A stretch of DNA of 64,000 nt from a virus. Within the stretch, counting starts at the first letter, position 1; the number at the start of each line of letters is the position of its first letter. The stretch lies in the IMG/VR virus record IMGVR_UViG_3300009163_000019. One strand, 5' to 3'. Shown here in pieces: positions 55,982 to 64,000 of this stretch. The notes below the pieces were generated by a model. The model was not told the DNA's origin and did not search any database. It saw only the letters and a list, made by a program, of their open reading frames with translations. The position numbers and the translations under genes are program-made.

Positions 55982-56395
55982 TTACATATTTTGTATAGTC
56001 AATACAACTGAATCATTTTCATTTGATCTTAATAATCGATAACTAAATTTTATATTTATTGAATTATAATCAGGTTCACCTATGATATCTAATTGAACTA
56101 CTTTAATTTGTGGAAAGTAATTTTCCATTTGTGTCATTATAGATTGCCTTAAGTCTTCAAATGTATACTGATCTATCTGTTCAAACAATCTAGATCTCAA
56201 TCCGGCACCAAATGTAGGATTAAATGGCCTTTCTCTAGGATCAGTAAGTAAATAATTTATTATATTATATTTAGTCTGTTCCTTAGTTGTGTATATAGAT
56301 TGAAATACAGCATCTGACGAGAATGGTATTTTAACACCTATTCCTGTTGATGGTTTAAGATCTAAAGGCGATATTTTTTTTAATCCGTATGCCAT
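55982..56395 (-). CDS. Baseplate gp25/GPW-like protein
   Basis: NIINYLLT...ERPFNP.FG.GL...LFE. Confidence 0.88.
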   Translation of the reverse strand: MAYGLKKISPLDLKPSTGIGVKIPFSSDAVFQSIYTTKEQTKYNIINYLLTDPRERPFNPTFGAGLRSRLFEQIDQYTFEDLRQSIMTQMENYFPQIKVVQLDIIGEPDYNSINIKFSYRLLRSNENDSVVLTIQNM

Positions 56396-56847
56396 TAAAT
56401 TTGTCCTTGTGCTTTAAGTTTTGACATTAATCCACTAAAATCAGGTACTTCATTTATTTGAACTGCATCTAAATTTGAACTGGCTCTAGCTGTTCCAAGC
56501 ATACCTTCTACAGATCCTACGCTAACCTCAGCTGGCTGAAATACCATAGTTGGACTAACATGATCAGTACTAAATGACATCATATTATCTGAAACCATAT
56601 CCATTGCGGTCTCATTCAATAGGCTTGCCATAGGATTATTTCCTTGGAATTTAACACCCGCAACAGGATTAGACCTTTGTGTATTAAGTGTACCAGGTAT
56701 CTTTGTTTTAACCTCTTCTTGTAAAGCTTTTTGCCTATCTATATAAGCAGGTTGTTTTGTCTCCTTTAATATTTTAGGGAGTTCTTCTTTTAGAACCGCA
56801 CGGAGTTCTTCTCTGATTAGTTTTCTTAATAATTCTACTTGTGCCAT
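56395..56847 (-). CDS. Hypothetical late protein
   Basis: LRKLIREEL..VLKEE; ATATTTAT upstream. Confidence 0.55.
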   Translation of the reverse strand: MAQVELLRKLIREELRAVLKEELPKILKETKQPAYIDRQKALQEEVKTKIPGTLNTQRSNPVAGVKFQGNNPMASLLNETAMDMVSDNMMSFSTDHVSPTMVFQPAEVSVGSVEGMLGTARASSNLDAVQINEVPDFSGLMSKLKAQGQI

Positions 56848-56865
56848 ATGTTATAAATATTATTT

Positions 56866-58902
56866 TTAACCGTTTTTAAGTTTCTTTATTTGGTCGTCTA
56901 TCTCTTTTATTTTTTTTAGTGAGGCGGCAGTAATTATTGGATTTAAACTAACAGCTATTGCTGCTATAAGTTTTTTCTTCTCTGTTTCTAGTTCTTCTAC
57001 TTTTAATTTATTATTTTCAACTTGTTTTTCTTTAATAATACTATTTGAGTATTTACCATTTGGGTCTGTCTTTTTTAGATCTTTTATAAACTGCTCATTA
57101 TTTTTAATCATTTGCTTCCTCATTCTTCTTCTAAGAGCCTTTCCTCCTGGAAGATTATTAACAAAAGCATTTAAACCTAGACCCTGATCAGGATCTTCAT
57201 TATCAGGATCATCTAATCCTGAATTTAGGCTACTTAGTCCTAAATCATCAATATTAATGTCTATATCTCCTACATAATTAAGTGACTCATTCATAGTTTC
57301 TATGTCTTCAGCACCAAGAGAGCTGAATTGTGATTTAACAAATCCATTAGATACTAATAAAACTTTTACTTCATTTATTATTATTTCGTCTAATGATGCA
57401 AATGTTGGAGTAGATTGAACTACTAGGACTCCATTTAAATCTAAAGCTATTCCGTATCTTCTTTTTAAAGGAATACCTTCATCGTTTATTTGCTCGTCTA
57501 CTATTTTAATTTGATATGTTCCAAAATTTCTGTTAAGCCTTTCTTTATTTGATTCATATTCAGATACAAATTTTTGTAGTGAATTTGCAGTTTCAACTAA
57601 ATTATTAATAGTATCTTTAATTTCTTCAGCTAAAGCAGGATCTATATTATCACAATTTTCTATATTTAATAAAATTAATTCTAGCTTTCCTATTATATTT
57701 GCCATTCCAGATATAAGAGTAATAGCAAATAAAGAAATATAACTTAATACAGAATTAATCTGTCCTAATCTTCTTATAAGTTTTCTATTTCCTAATTCTG
57801 TTATTGTATCTTGAAATTTACTTGAAAATCCTGTAGTTACTCCTACAGTTGTTACTATATTACCTATTGGAAGTGCTAATAAAAATGCTTTAATAGTATT
57901 AAATATTTGTATTAAAAACATTAATAATTTAATAATAAACTGAGCTGAACTTATATATCCTAAAATTTTTCTACCTACTGAATTAATATTATTAGCAGTC
58001 TTTAATATTGATTTTAGTAACGGTATTAATTTATTTACAGGTATTAATTTACTTAGTTTAGCTATCTCATCAGAAACTGCACCTCCTGTAAAAGTATCGG
58101 CAAGACTTATAACAGAGGATACATTATTTAAACCTTGTATAGCAATAGCAACCCCTCTAATTTTATCTACTGTATTTATAATCTTTTGAAGTTCTGAATT
58201 AGGGATTTGTCTAAGATCAGTATACTTATTAAATACTCCTAATGAGTTTTGTAAAAAGTTATTAAACGTAGAAATTTGTGGATATGCAGTAGATAGATCT
58301 GGATCATTTAGTCCTGTCCCTGGATCTATTAATTCTTTAAATGAATTTGATATCTCTTTTGTTAAAGCATAAAGACCTAATTTACTATTTGGATTTTTTG
58401 CGTCTCCATACTGAGTATAATAATCGTCTATATATGATTGAATTTGAAATGCTTTATTTTGTATAAACCACTTTTTTTTACCTAAAGAATCAGTAGGTAT
58501 TTGAGCTTTTGGATCAAATTTAGTACCAGCAGGTATTTCATTTATAGCATAATTTATTAGATTACAGAAATCAACACCGGCAACTATTTCAAGAAGTTTA
58601 ATTATTCCTTTATCTAATGCTTTTTTAATAGGATTAATCTCATTTTCTTTAACAGTATACGATCCATATAATATTTGATTTGTTTTTACCTGTGCCTTAA
58701 TTATAAAATTTCTTGTTACTCCAATTGCTTTTTCTAATCCTTTAGCATAAGTTATGTTTATATCTTTTGCATCTCTACTTAGTGCTACTACAGGAGTTTT
58801 TTTTGCAGTTTCTAAAACCGCAGGATTTAGTTTAGTAGCTACACTAGTAGGAGCACTAACTTTAGTTTTATTTGTAATTGGTATTGTTACTTTTTCTGCC
58901 AT
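56866..58902 (-). CDS. Large helical virion-module protein with hydrophobic segments
   Basis: Likely start MAEKVT; RRYGIA...FAS..EII..EVK. Confidence 0.55.
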   Translation of the reverse strand: MAEKVTIPITNKTKVSAPTSVATKLNPAVLETAKKTPVVALSRDAKDINITYAKGLEKAIGVTRNFIIKAQVKTNQILYGSYTVKENEINPIKKALDKGIIKLLEIVAGVDFCNLINYAINEIPAGTKFDPKAQIPTDSLGKKKWFIQNKAFQIQSYIDDYYTQYGDAKNPNSKLGLYALTKEISNSFKELIDPGTGLNDPDLSTAYPQISTFNNFLQNSLGVFNKYTDLRQIPNSELQKIINTVDKIRGVAIAIQGLNNVSSVISLADTFTGGAVSDEIAKLSKLIPVNKLIPLLKSILKTANNINSVGRKILGYISSAQFIIKLLMFLIQIFNTIKAFLLALPIGNIVTTVGVTTGFSSKFQDTITELGNRKLIRRLGQINSVLSYISLFAITLISGMANIIGKLELILLNIENCDNIDPALAEEIKDTINNLVETANSLQKFVSEYESNKERLNRNFGTYQIKIVDEQINDEGIPLKRRYGIALDLNGVLVVQSTPTFASLDEIIINEVKVLLVSNGFVKSQFSSLGAEDIETMNESLNYVGDIDINIDDLGLSSLNSGLDDPDNEDPDQGLGLNAFVNNLPGGKALRRRMRKQMIKNNEQFIKDLKKTDPNGKYSNSIIKEKQVENNKLKVEELETEKKKLIAAIAVSLNPIITAASLKKIKEIDDQIKKLKNG

Positions 58903-58903
58903 T

Positions 58904-59335
58904 TTATCTTGTAAATGTATTTTTAGATAAAATTGATTCAGCAATTAACGCATTTTGAAAACTTTGTGCGGTTCCAATTAATAATTTACCAGCTCCTGCT
59001 ATATCACTCATTGTGGGTCCTAAATTTTCTGAAGATGCCTTACTTAAATTTCCTCCTATTTGTATAAGACTGTTTAAAAGAATTTGTAATTGTATAGTTA
59101 ATGTTCTTCCTAATATAACAGGTTCACCTAATACTTTTGCTTCGTGGCCTAATTCTATATTAGGTGAATCTACTTTAACTCCATCTATAGCATCAAGATT
59201 TATTGTCTTAGTAGATGATAAAGATACAGCTTGTTTTCCAAATAAGAATATCGCATCTGATTTAGAATGCAATGTTACCCTATCAGAAGATATTATAATT
59301 TGATTACCTTTATATGGAAATTCTGGTTTAAACAT
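58904..59335 (-). CDS. Baseplate spike (gp5-like) C-terminal part
   Basis: GNQIIISSDRV...I.LG.....EPVILG. Confidence 0.6.
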   Translation of the reverse strand: MFKPEFPYKGNQIIISSDRVTLHSKSDAIFLFGKQAVSLSSTKTINLDAIDGVKVDSPNIELGHEAKVLGEPVILGRTLTIQLQILLNSLIQIGGNLSKASSENLGPTMSDIAGAGKLLIGTAQSFQNALIAESILSKNTFTR

Positions 59336-60234
59336 TATTTATTACTATTTTCATCTTGAAACTGTGCTGATATTACTTCATCAGATATAGGAGGTTTTGC
59401 TATTTGTAATACTGGTTGTATTATAGGATTTATAATTCCTCTAAATGATCTAAGAGGGAATAAATTAATGTCCTCTAAATTTATTTCTTGTCCTGCGGTT
59501 AAATATATAGATGATTTATCTTTATTTATATCTTCTACTATAGGATCAAATTTAGTTATTGTTTTACGCTCTCCTTGACCATTAACAATAATAGTTATAG
59601 GATCTCCATTGTTACCTGAATTAGACCAATTATTACTTTTTTTCATTACTGGAACTGTACTTCCAAATCTTATAGACTGTCCAAATCTAGCCTGTAAAAT
59701 AGTATCCCCTTCAAAAGGTTGTAAATTTTTTACTTCTTGATTTTCTTCAAATGTATATCCAAGAGGTAAACTACGACCTTTAGTTTTTGATCCAGGATAT
59801 CCGGCCTGATTAGAAAACTGTTTTAAATATTGCGCATATTCAGACATATTAGGGAATGCTGAATGATTAGCATGATTCCATAATTGATATGGAGGAAAAT
59901 AGAAAAATTGTTGATTAGAAGCCTTATCATTTAATTTTTCTGTAGGTCCCAATAATATAAGAACTATCTCATTTACTATCGGGTATTGTTTTAAAAAATT
60001 AAATATTGGCCATGCTGGTTCAGATACTTCTTCAGATTTTGAGGTTCCTAATGGAGAATATAATAATTCATATTTTATTTTCCCTATATCAGCAGGACTA
60101 CCATAATCAGGATCTTTTTGTTTAGTATCACCTTTATATGGCCCTAAAACAATAGATTTTACTCTTCCAACTTGTAAAAAGTGGCCCTCGGATTTTCCAT
60201 TCTCTTGTAATTGTGGTCCAAATATATATCCCAT
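59335..60234 (-). CDS. Baseplate hub/spike (gp5-like) N-terminal part
   Basis: YPIVNEIV, LQPFEGD.I...RFGQSIRFGS, SSIYLT. Confidence 0.6.
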   Translation of the reverse strand: MGYIFGPQLQENGKSEGHFLQVGRVKSIVLGPYKGDTKQKDPDYGSPADIGKIKYELLYSPLGTSKSEEVSEPAWPIFNFLKQYPIVNEIVLILLGPTEKLNDKASNQQFFYFPPYQLWNHANHSAFPNMSEYAQYLKQFSNQAGYPGSKTKGRSLPLGYTFEENQEVKNLQPFEGDTILQARFGQSIRFGSTVPVMKKSNNWSNSGNNGDPITIIVNGQGERKTITKFDPIVEDINKDKSSIYLTAGQEINLEDINLFPLRSFRGIINPIIQPVLQIAKPPISDEVISAQFQDENSNK

Positions 60235-60596
60235 TATGCGCTAGGTAGTTGTTTAGGATCTTTAACTTTTAATGTTGTAACCTCACTAAAGAGTTGCTCT
60301 ATGTCCTTTTCAGTAAGTATTCCGCTATCTTCAGCACCATCTTTTTTAGAATCAGCAGAGTCTTTTTGAAATACGGTAAGTAGCTTCATTAGTACTTCGT
60401 CATTCTTTAAGCTAGAATCAAAGAAGCCTTTTAATAGAGGAACAATAACAATAGCGTCTCCGGCTGTTTCGATCATATCTGTTAGCCTCAAAATCTCGTC
60501 TCGTAGTGTTTTATCTTGATTTTTGTGCTTGTTATATACCTCTTCCACGAGGTCTGCGATGGTTTTATCTTTAAATAGTACTTTATCTAATTCCAT
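60234..60596 (-). CDS. Conserved hypothetical late protein
   Basis: VPLLK...D...KND..L.KL; ATATTTAT upstream. Confidence 0.55.
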   Translation of the reverse strand: MELDKVLFKDKTIADLVEEVYNKHKNQDKTLRDEILRLTDMIETAGDAIVIVPLLKGFFDSSLKNDEVLMKLLTVFQKDSADSKKDGAEDSGILTEKDIEQLFSEVTTLKVKDPKQLPSA

Positions 60597-60614
60597 GACT
60601 TTTAGAATAAATAT

Positions 60615-61370
60615 TTAGTAATCATTATTTTCTAAATAGTTGTCAAGGATTCGTTTATATATAGTTTTTAGGCGCTTTATTACTTTGGTTATTGTATTAG
60701 ATTGTGCGTCTGTCATCTCTTTTACATAAATAAAGACCGCTTTTTTATTAAAAATGTCTATATTTTCTCTTTTTTTAAATATTTCTAGTATTGCATCAGC
60801 TATTTTAAGTTCATCATTCTTTTCAAAAAGTTCTAGTAAATTATCGTCTACGTATTTAATAAATAGCTCGACAATCTCTAATTTATCCAATTCCGGTTCA
60901 GGTTCTTTAACAATAATACTATTTACAAGAGCATTATCGTCATTTTGTTCGCCTATTTCTGCCTTAGATACTAACTTTTTATAGTTTTTTTGATTATAAA
61001 TGATCAAATATCTCTTAGCAATAGTGCCAAAATAAGAATATGCCTTACCTTTTGATTGATCATAAAGGTCTAATTTTTGTAAAAGAAAAGAAATAACCTC
61101 ATATTTTAAATCCTCAATATTATCAACCTCTGTATAATAGAATTTAAATGTATGTATAATATTTTCTACTAATTTATAAAACCCATAATGGATATCTTGA
61201 TTATAAATCTTGTTTCTTTCCGCTAAAGAACCACTCTTTCTATATCTAAGAATAGCTTCCTCAGTTTCAGAAGTAAAATAATTATTTTTTACCTTTGGTT
61301 TTCTTTTCCTAGGCTCTCCTTTTTTAGTTAACAGTAAAATCTCTTCCTCATTTCCTAATTTTGCTTCCAT
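60615..61370 (-). CDS. Phage sigma factor, T4 gp55-like (late transcription)
   Basis: NYFT..., KLVENII, EDLK.E...F...KL..YD..KG.KAYSYFGTIAKRY (region-2-like); no region-4 HTH evident. Confidence 0.65.
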   Translation of the reverse strand: MEAKLGNEEEILLLTKKGEPRKRKPKVKNNYFTSETEEAILRYRKSGSLAERNKIYNQDIHYGFYKLVENIIHTFKFYYTEVDNIEDLKYEVISFLLQKLDLYDQSKGKAYSYFGTIAKRYLIIYNQKNYKKLVSKAEIGEQNDDNALVNSIIVKEPEPELDKLEIVELFIKYVDDNLLELFEKNDELKIADAILEIFKKRENIDIFNKKAVFIYVKEMTDAQSNTITKVIKRLKTIYKRILDNYLENNDY

Positions 61371-61371
61371 A

Positions 61372-61644
61372 TTAAGAGTCTATAAATTGATTAATTGATG
61401 TTTGCATAGTTTTGACATTTTCCATAAGTAGTAAAAACTCAGGATCTGATTGAACCCATAACTTAGAGTCTATTTGCTCAGCCGCCTTATTAATATCTCT
61501 CATGGATTCTTTAATTCCATTAATAAAAGTTTGCTGATTCAAAACTATTGCTTCTAATTTTTTATTTTTTTGAAATAAATTCCAAATTATGTATCCTATT
61601 ACGGATACTATCCATATTGATATTGAAAAGATTAGTGTTGTCAT
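61372..61644 (-). CDS. Single-TM membrane protein
   Basis: N-terminal TM segment plus coiled coil. Confidence 0.55.
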   Translation of the reverse strand: MTTLIFSISIWIVSVIGYIIWNLFQKNKKLEAIVLNQQTFINGIKESMRDINKAAEQIDSKLWVQSDPEFLLLMENVKTMQTSINQFIDS

Positions 61645-62282
61645 ATTTTATTTATTTGTAGTTCTACTTTACTTGCCATCAAATCTGCTTGATGTAGAAT
61701 AAAAGCAATATTAGATCTTAATTCATTATCTTTATTATAGGTAATGTAGTAAGCTTTATTAGATTCCTCATATAAACCGTCATGAAGTTTAATAGCAAGA
61801 TACTCATTTTGAGTTACTGGAACACCTGCTTTTTGAAGATAGAATAAACTCCTATCTGCAACTCTCATGTATGTTATATTAGGATTGTATTTATATATTG
61901 CTCCTTGTTTTTCTATATGCCATTGGGAATCATTAGGAAGATACATAGGTTCATCATTAGTTCCTAGCTTGCCTAGATCATGATTAATAGCTGAAAATAC
62001 TAATTCTTCTGTACTATAATCTTTTTTCTGGCCAAATCTATCCCATACCTTTTCAAATACTAAAGAAGCCTCAACAACTCTTATAACATGATCAATATAT
62101 CCACCAGCAAATGCATTATGATGATCTAATTTAGTAGATGCAGGAGAAGTAACTAATGTTTCTTCAATAGATTTATAAAAATCAATAAGTTTATCTTTTC
62201 TACTATCACTAATGTATTTTGTAATAATTGAATAGAACTTATTCAGATTTTCTAACATCTGTTCAGGTTGTAATTGTTTCAT
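61641..62282 (-). CDS. HD-domain phosphohydrolase
   Basis: PAS...HH.AF.GGY..H, HDLGK, HDG, LHQAD. Confidence 0.88.
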   Translation of the reverse strand: MKQLQPEQMLENLNKFYSIITKYISDSRKDKLIDFYKSIEETLVTSPASTKLDHHNAFAGGYIDHVIRVVEASLVFEKVWDRFGQKKDYSTEELVFSAINHDLGKLGTNDEPMYLPNDSQWHIEKQGAIYKYNPNITYMRVADRSLFYLQKAGVPVTQNEYLAIKLHDGLYEESNKAYYITYNKDNELRSNIAFILHQADLMASKVELQINKI

Positions 62283-62291
62283 AACTATTTT

Positions 62292-62471
62292 TTAAAATGA
62301 ATCTTGCTCAGTATTAATTAAAACTTCTATTTCTTTTAGTTTAGTTTCTATTTTATCTATTTGAACAGAAAACTCTTCTCTAGGTCTATTATCAGAAAGC
62401 ATAGCTTTTTGAACATTTATAAAATTTGCTATCTCAAAAAACTTTTTTAAAATTAATTGTTTATTTCTCAT
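62292..62471 (-). CDS. Small hypothetical protein (59 aa, not in the ORF track)
   Basis: MRNKQLILKK...INTEQDSF*. Confidence 0.5.
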   Translation of the reverse strand: MRNKQLILKKFFEIANFINVQKAMLSDNRPREEFSVQIDKIETKLKEIEVLINTEQDSF

Positions 62472-62475
62472 AATG

Positions 62476-62799
62476 CTAATTTAATTTATTTTTTATATAA
62501 TGTAACATACTATCTATAGAGTGCATAGGAATTCCTGTTACTCCACCATCAAAATCTTTATATTTGCTAATCATTTCATAAGAATTAGCAATATATAAGA
62601 TCTCTAGAATTCTATCTTCTTTATCTGTTATTAGTATCATAGGATATTCTTCGATACCAAGTAAAGTTTCTAATGAATCACATTGATTAGGATTATCTTC
62701 ACAATTAGTAAATTTATAGATAATATTATTATTGGACAACTCTTTTTTTAATTTATTGCATCTACTGCAATCTTGTAATGTTATCAATTGTATTTTCAT
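62476..62799 (-). CDS. Glutaredoxin/thioredoxin-like protein
   Basis: CSRC active site, YP cis-Pro motif. Confidence 0.75.
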   Translation of the reverse strand: MKIQLITLQDCSRCNKLKKELSNNNIIYKFTNCEDNPNQCDSLETLLGIEEYPMILITDKEDRILEILYIANSYEMISKYKDFDGGVTGIPMHSIDSMLHYIKNKLN

Positions 62800-62966
62800 G
62801 TATCTATATCATTAAATTCATTATCTATTTTTTCCATTATCAAATACCATGCTTTTTTTTCGTCTTCTTCCATAGAATCATAATTCATAGACAAATATAT
62901 ATATAAAGCTTGTAATTGATCTTCTGTTAATTTATTTCCTTCTATTTCTATATCTTCTATTTTCAT
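62796..62966 (-). CDS. Small acidic hypothetical protein (56 aa, not in the ORF track)
   Basis: MKIEDIEIEG...NDIDT*; ATGA overlap. Confidence 0.5.
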   Translation of the reverse strand: MKIEDIEIEGNKLTEDQLQALYIYLSMNYDSMEEDEKKAWYLIMEKIDNEFNDIDT

Positions 62967-63227
62967 AATAGGCTAGTTTAAAGGTATTAGGCCTTTATTT
63001 AGAGTAGGATTGACTTTGTTTTTCATTGATAGTTTATATTTAAAACCCTTTAGCGGACTAAACCGTCGGATATTGCCGATATTATTTTAAAACTTATTTA
63101 TCAATTTTATTTATATACCTGAAGCATTATGCTTAGTCTTAGCTCCTGGTAGCCAATTTATTACTTATTCTAAAACTCACTCATGGAATTTAACCAAGCT
63201 ATGGTATAGAACCTAAGTATATGGCAT

Positions 63228-63319
63228 TAATACAACTAATATACAACAAATAATTGAAATAAAAAAATTTATTTTGATAAATATTTTTTTATATGGTTTT
63301 TTTATCTTATATTAGTATA
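63228..63319. promoter_or_regulatory. Back-to-back divergent promoters
   Basis: ATTTTTTT...TATATTAG on both strands. Confidence 0.5.
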
Positions 63320-64000
63320 ATGGAGAATGAACTTTTAGTTTTAGGTTTATTAGAATCTGTCCTTGGTAAAGGAAAAGGATCAAAAACAACCATGGACTAT
63401 GCTTTTTATTGCCCAGTTTGTAAACATAAGAATCCTAAACTTATTGTTAATATCAAATCTGGACAGTATAATTGCTGGACATGCCATCCACCTACTAAAG
63501 GTAAAACACCAGTATCACTTTTTAAAAAAATAGATGCTCCAAATGACAGGCTATTAGAAATGAAGAGCTATTTTAAAGGAGATAATACCAAGATTGATAC
63601 CACAAAATCAGATAAAGTAACCTTACCAGAAGAATTTATATCTTTATCTAATCCAGATAAAACATTAGAGACTAGACATGCATTATCTTACATAAAGAAA
63701 AGAGGAATTACAGAAAATGATATTAAAAAATATGGAATAGGGTATTGTAAGACCGGAAGATATAGAAACAGAATAATAGTTCCATCTTATGATAAATCAG
63801 GAGTCTTAAATTATTTTATTGCTAGATCATTTGAATCTGATCCTAGTAGAAAATATGATGCTCCTACATGTAATAAGACAGAAATAATTGGATTAGAGTA
63901 TTTTATTAATTGGTCCGTTCCTGTTATTCTTTGTGAAGGAATATTTGATGCAATATCTATTAAAAGAAATGCTATTCCTTTATTTGGTAAGACGATTACT
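63320..64000 (+). CDS. DNA primase (T4 gp61/DnaG-like), 3' end outside the window
   Basis: CPVCKH...NCWTC zinc finger, Y..KRGI, IGYC, RIIVPSYD, YFIARS, TOPRIM LCEGIFDAI. Confidence 0.92.
   Translation, partial: MENELLVLGLLESVLGKGKGSKTTMDYAFYCPVCKHKNPKLIVNIKSGQYNCWTCHPPTKGKTPVSLFKKIDAPNDRLLEMKSYFKGDNTKIDTTKSDKVTLPEEFISLSNPDKTLETRHALSYIKKRGITENDIKKYGIGYCKTGRYRNRIIVPSYDKSGVLNYFIARSFESDPSRKYDAPTCNKTEIIGLEYFINWSVPVILCEGIFDAISIKRNAIPLFGKTIT

Noticed and set aside
8013-60984. Short opposite-strand or off-frame ORFs in the track (e.g. 8013, 8608, 11634, 13082, 13772, 17020, 18147, 19009, 20038, 21993, 23603, 23921, 27490, 28731, 31456, 39454, 43222, 49063, 59013, 60754)
   Set aside because: They overlap better-supported genes, lack leaders and show no recognisable motifs
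1-64000. Genome-wide stop-codon reassignment
   Set aside because: Long genes are intact in code 11; TGA and TAG end genes at normal ATGA overlaps and junctions; only one suspicious TGA was found

Overview
AT-rich segment of a large T4-like (myovirus-type) jumbo phage genome. The host is probably Bacteroidota/Flavobacteria, inferred from SD-less A-rich leaders (AAAATAAAAGTTATG) and TAnnTTTA promoter elements; the genetic code is standard. The + strand (1-32.6 kb) starts with the tail of a sugar-biosynthesis operon (dmpF/dmpG-like pair, SDR, GT2). It continues with dozens of small early/accessory genes (RadA-like ATPase, GH73, metallophosphoesterase, UvsE, DUF932, a tRNA-like gene), five promoters carrying 25-bp palindrome arrays at fixed spacing, and a late cassette of four MKLxKIL-leader proteins that includes two ADP-ribosyltransferase-like proteins. 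The - strand (32.8-63 kb) carries a gp55-like sigma factor and a baseplate module (gp5-like, gp25, gp6/J, large wedge). Apparently inserted inside a split baseplate gene is a 1321-aa Thr-Pro-Ser mucin-like protein, followed by two GT60 (polypeptide alpha-GlcNAc-transferase-like) genes, another GT, a NodU/CmcH carbamoyltransferase and an FkbM-HtrL-GT fusion. This block is the best candidate for an undescribed system: phage-encoded mucin-type O-glycosylation of a virion appendage. A DNA primase begins at the right edge. All family assignments come from motif recognition by eye; no database searches were run.
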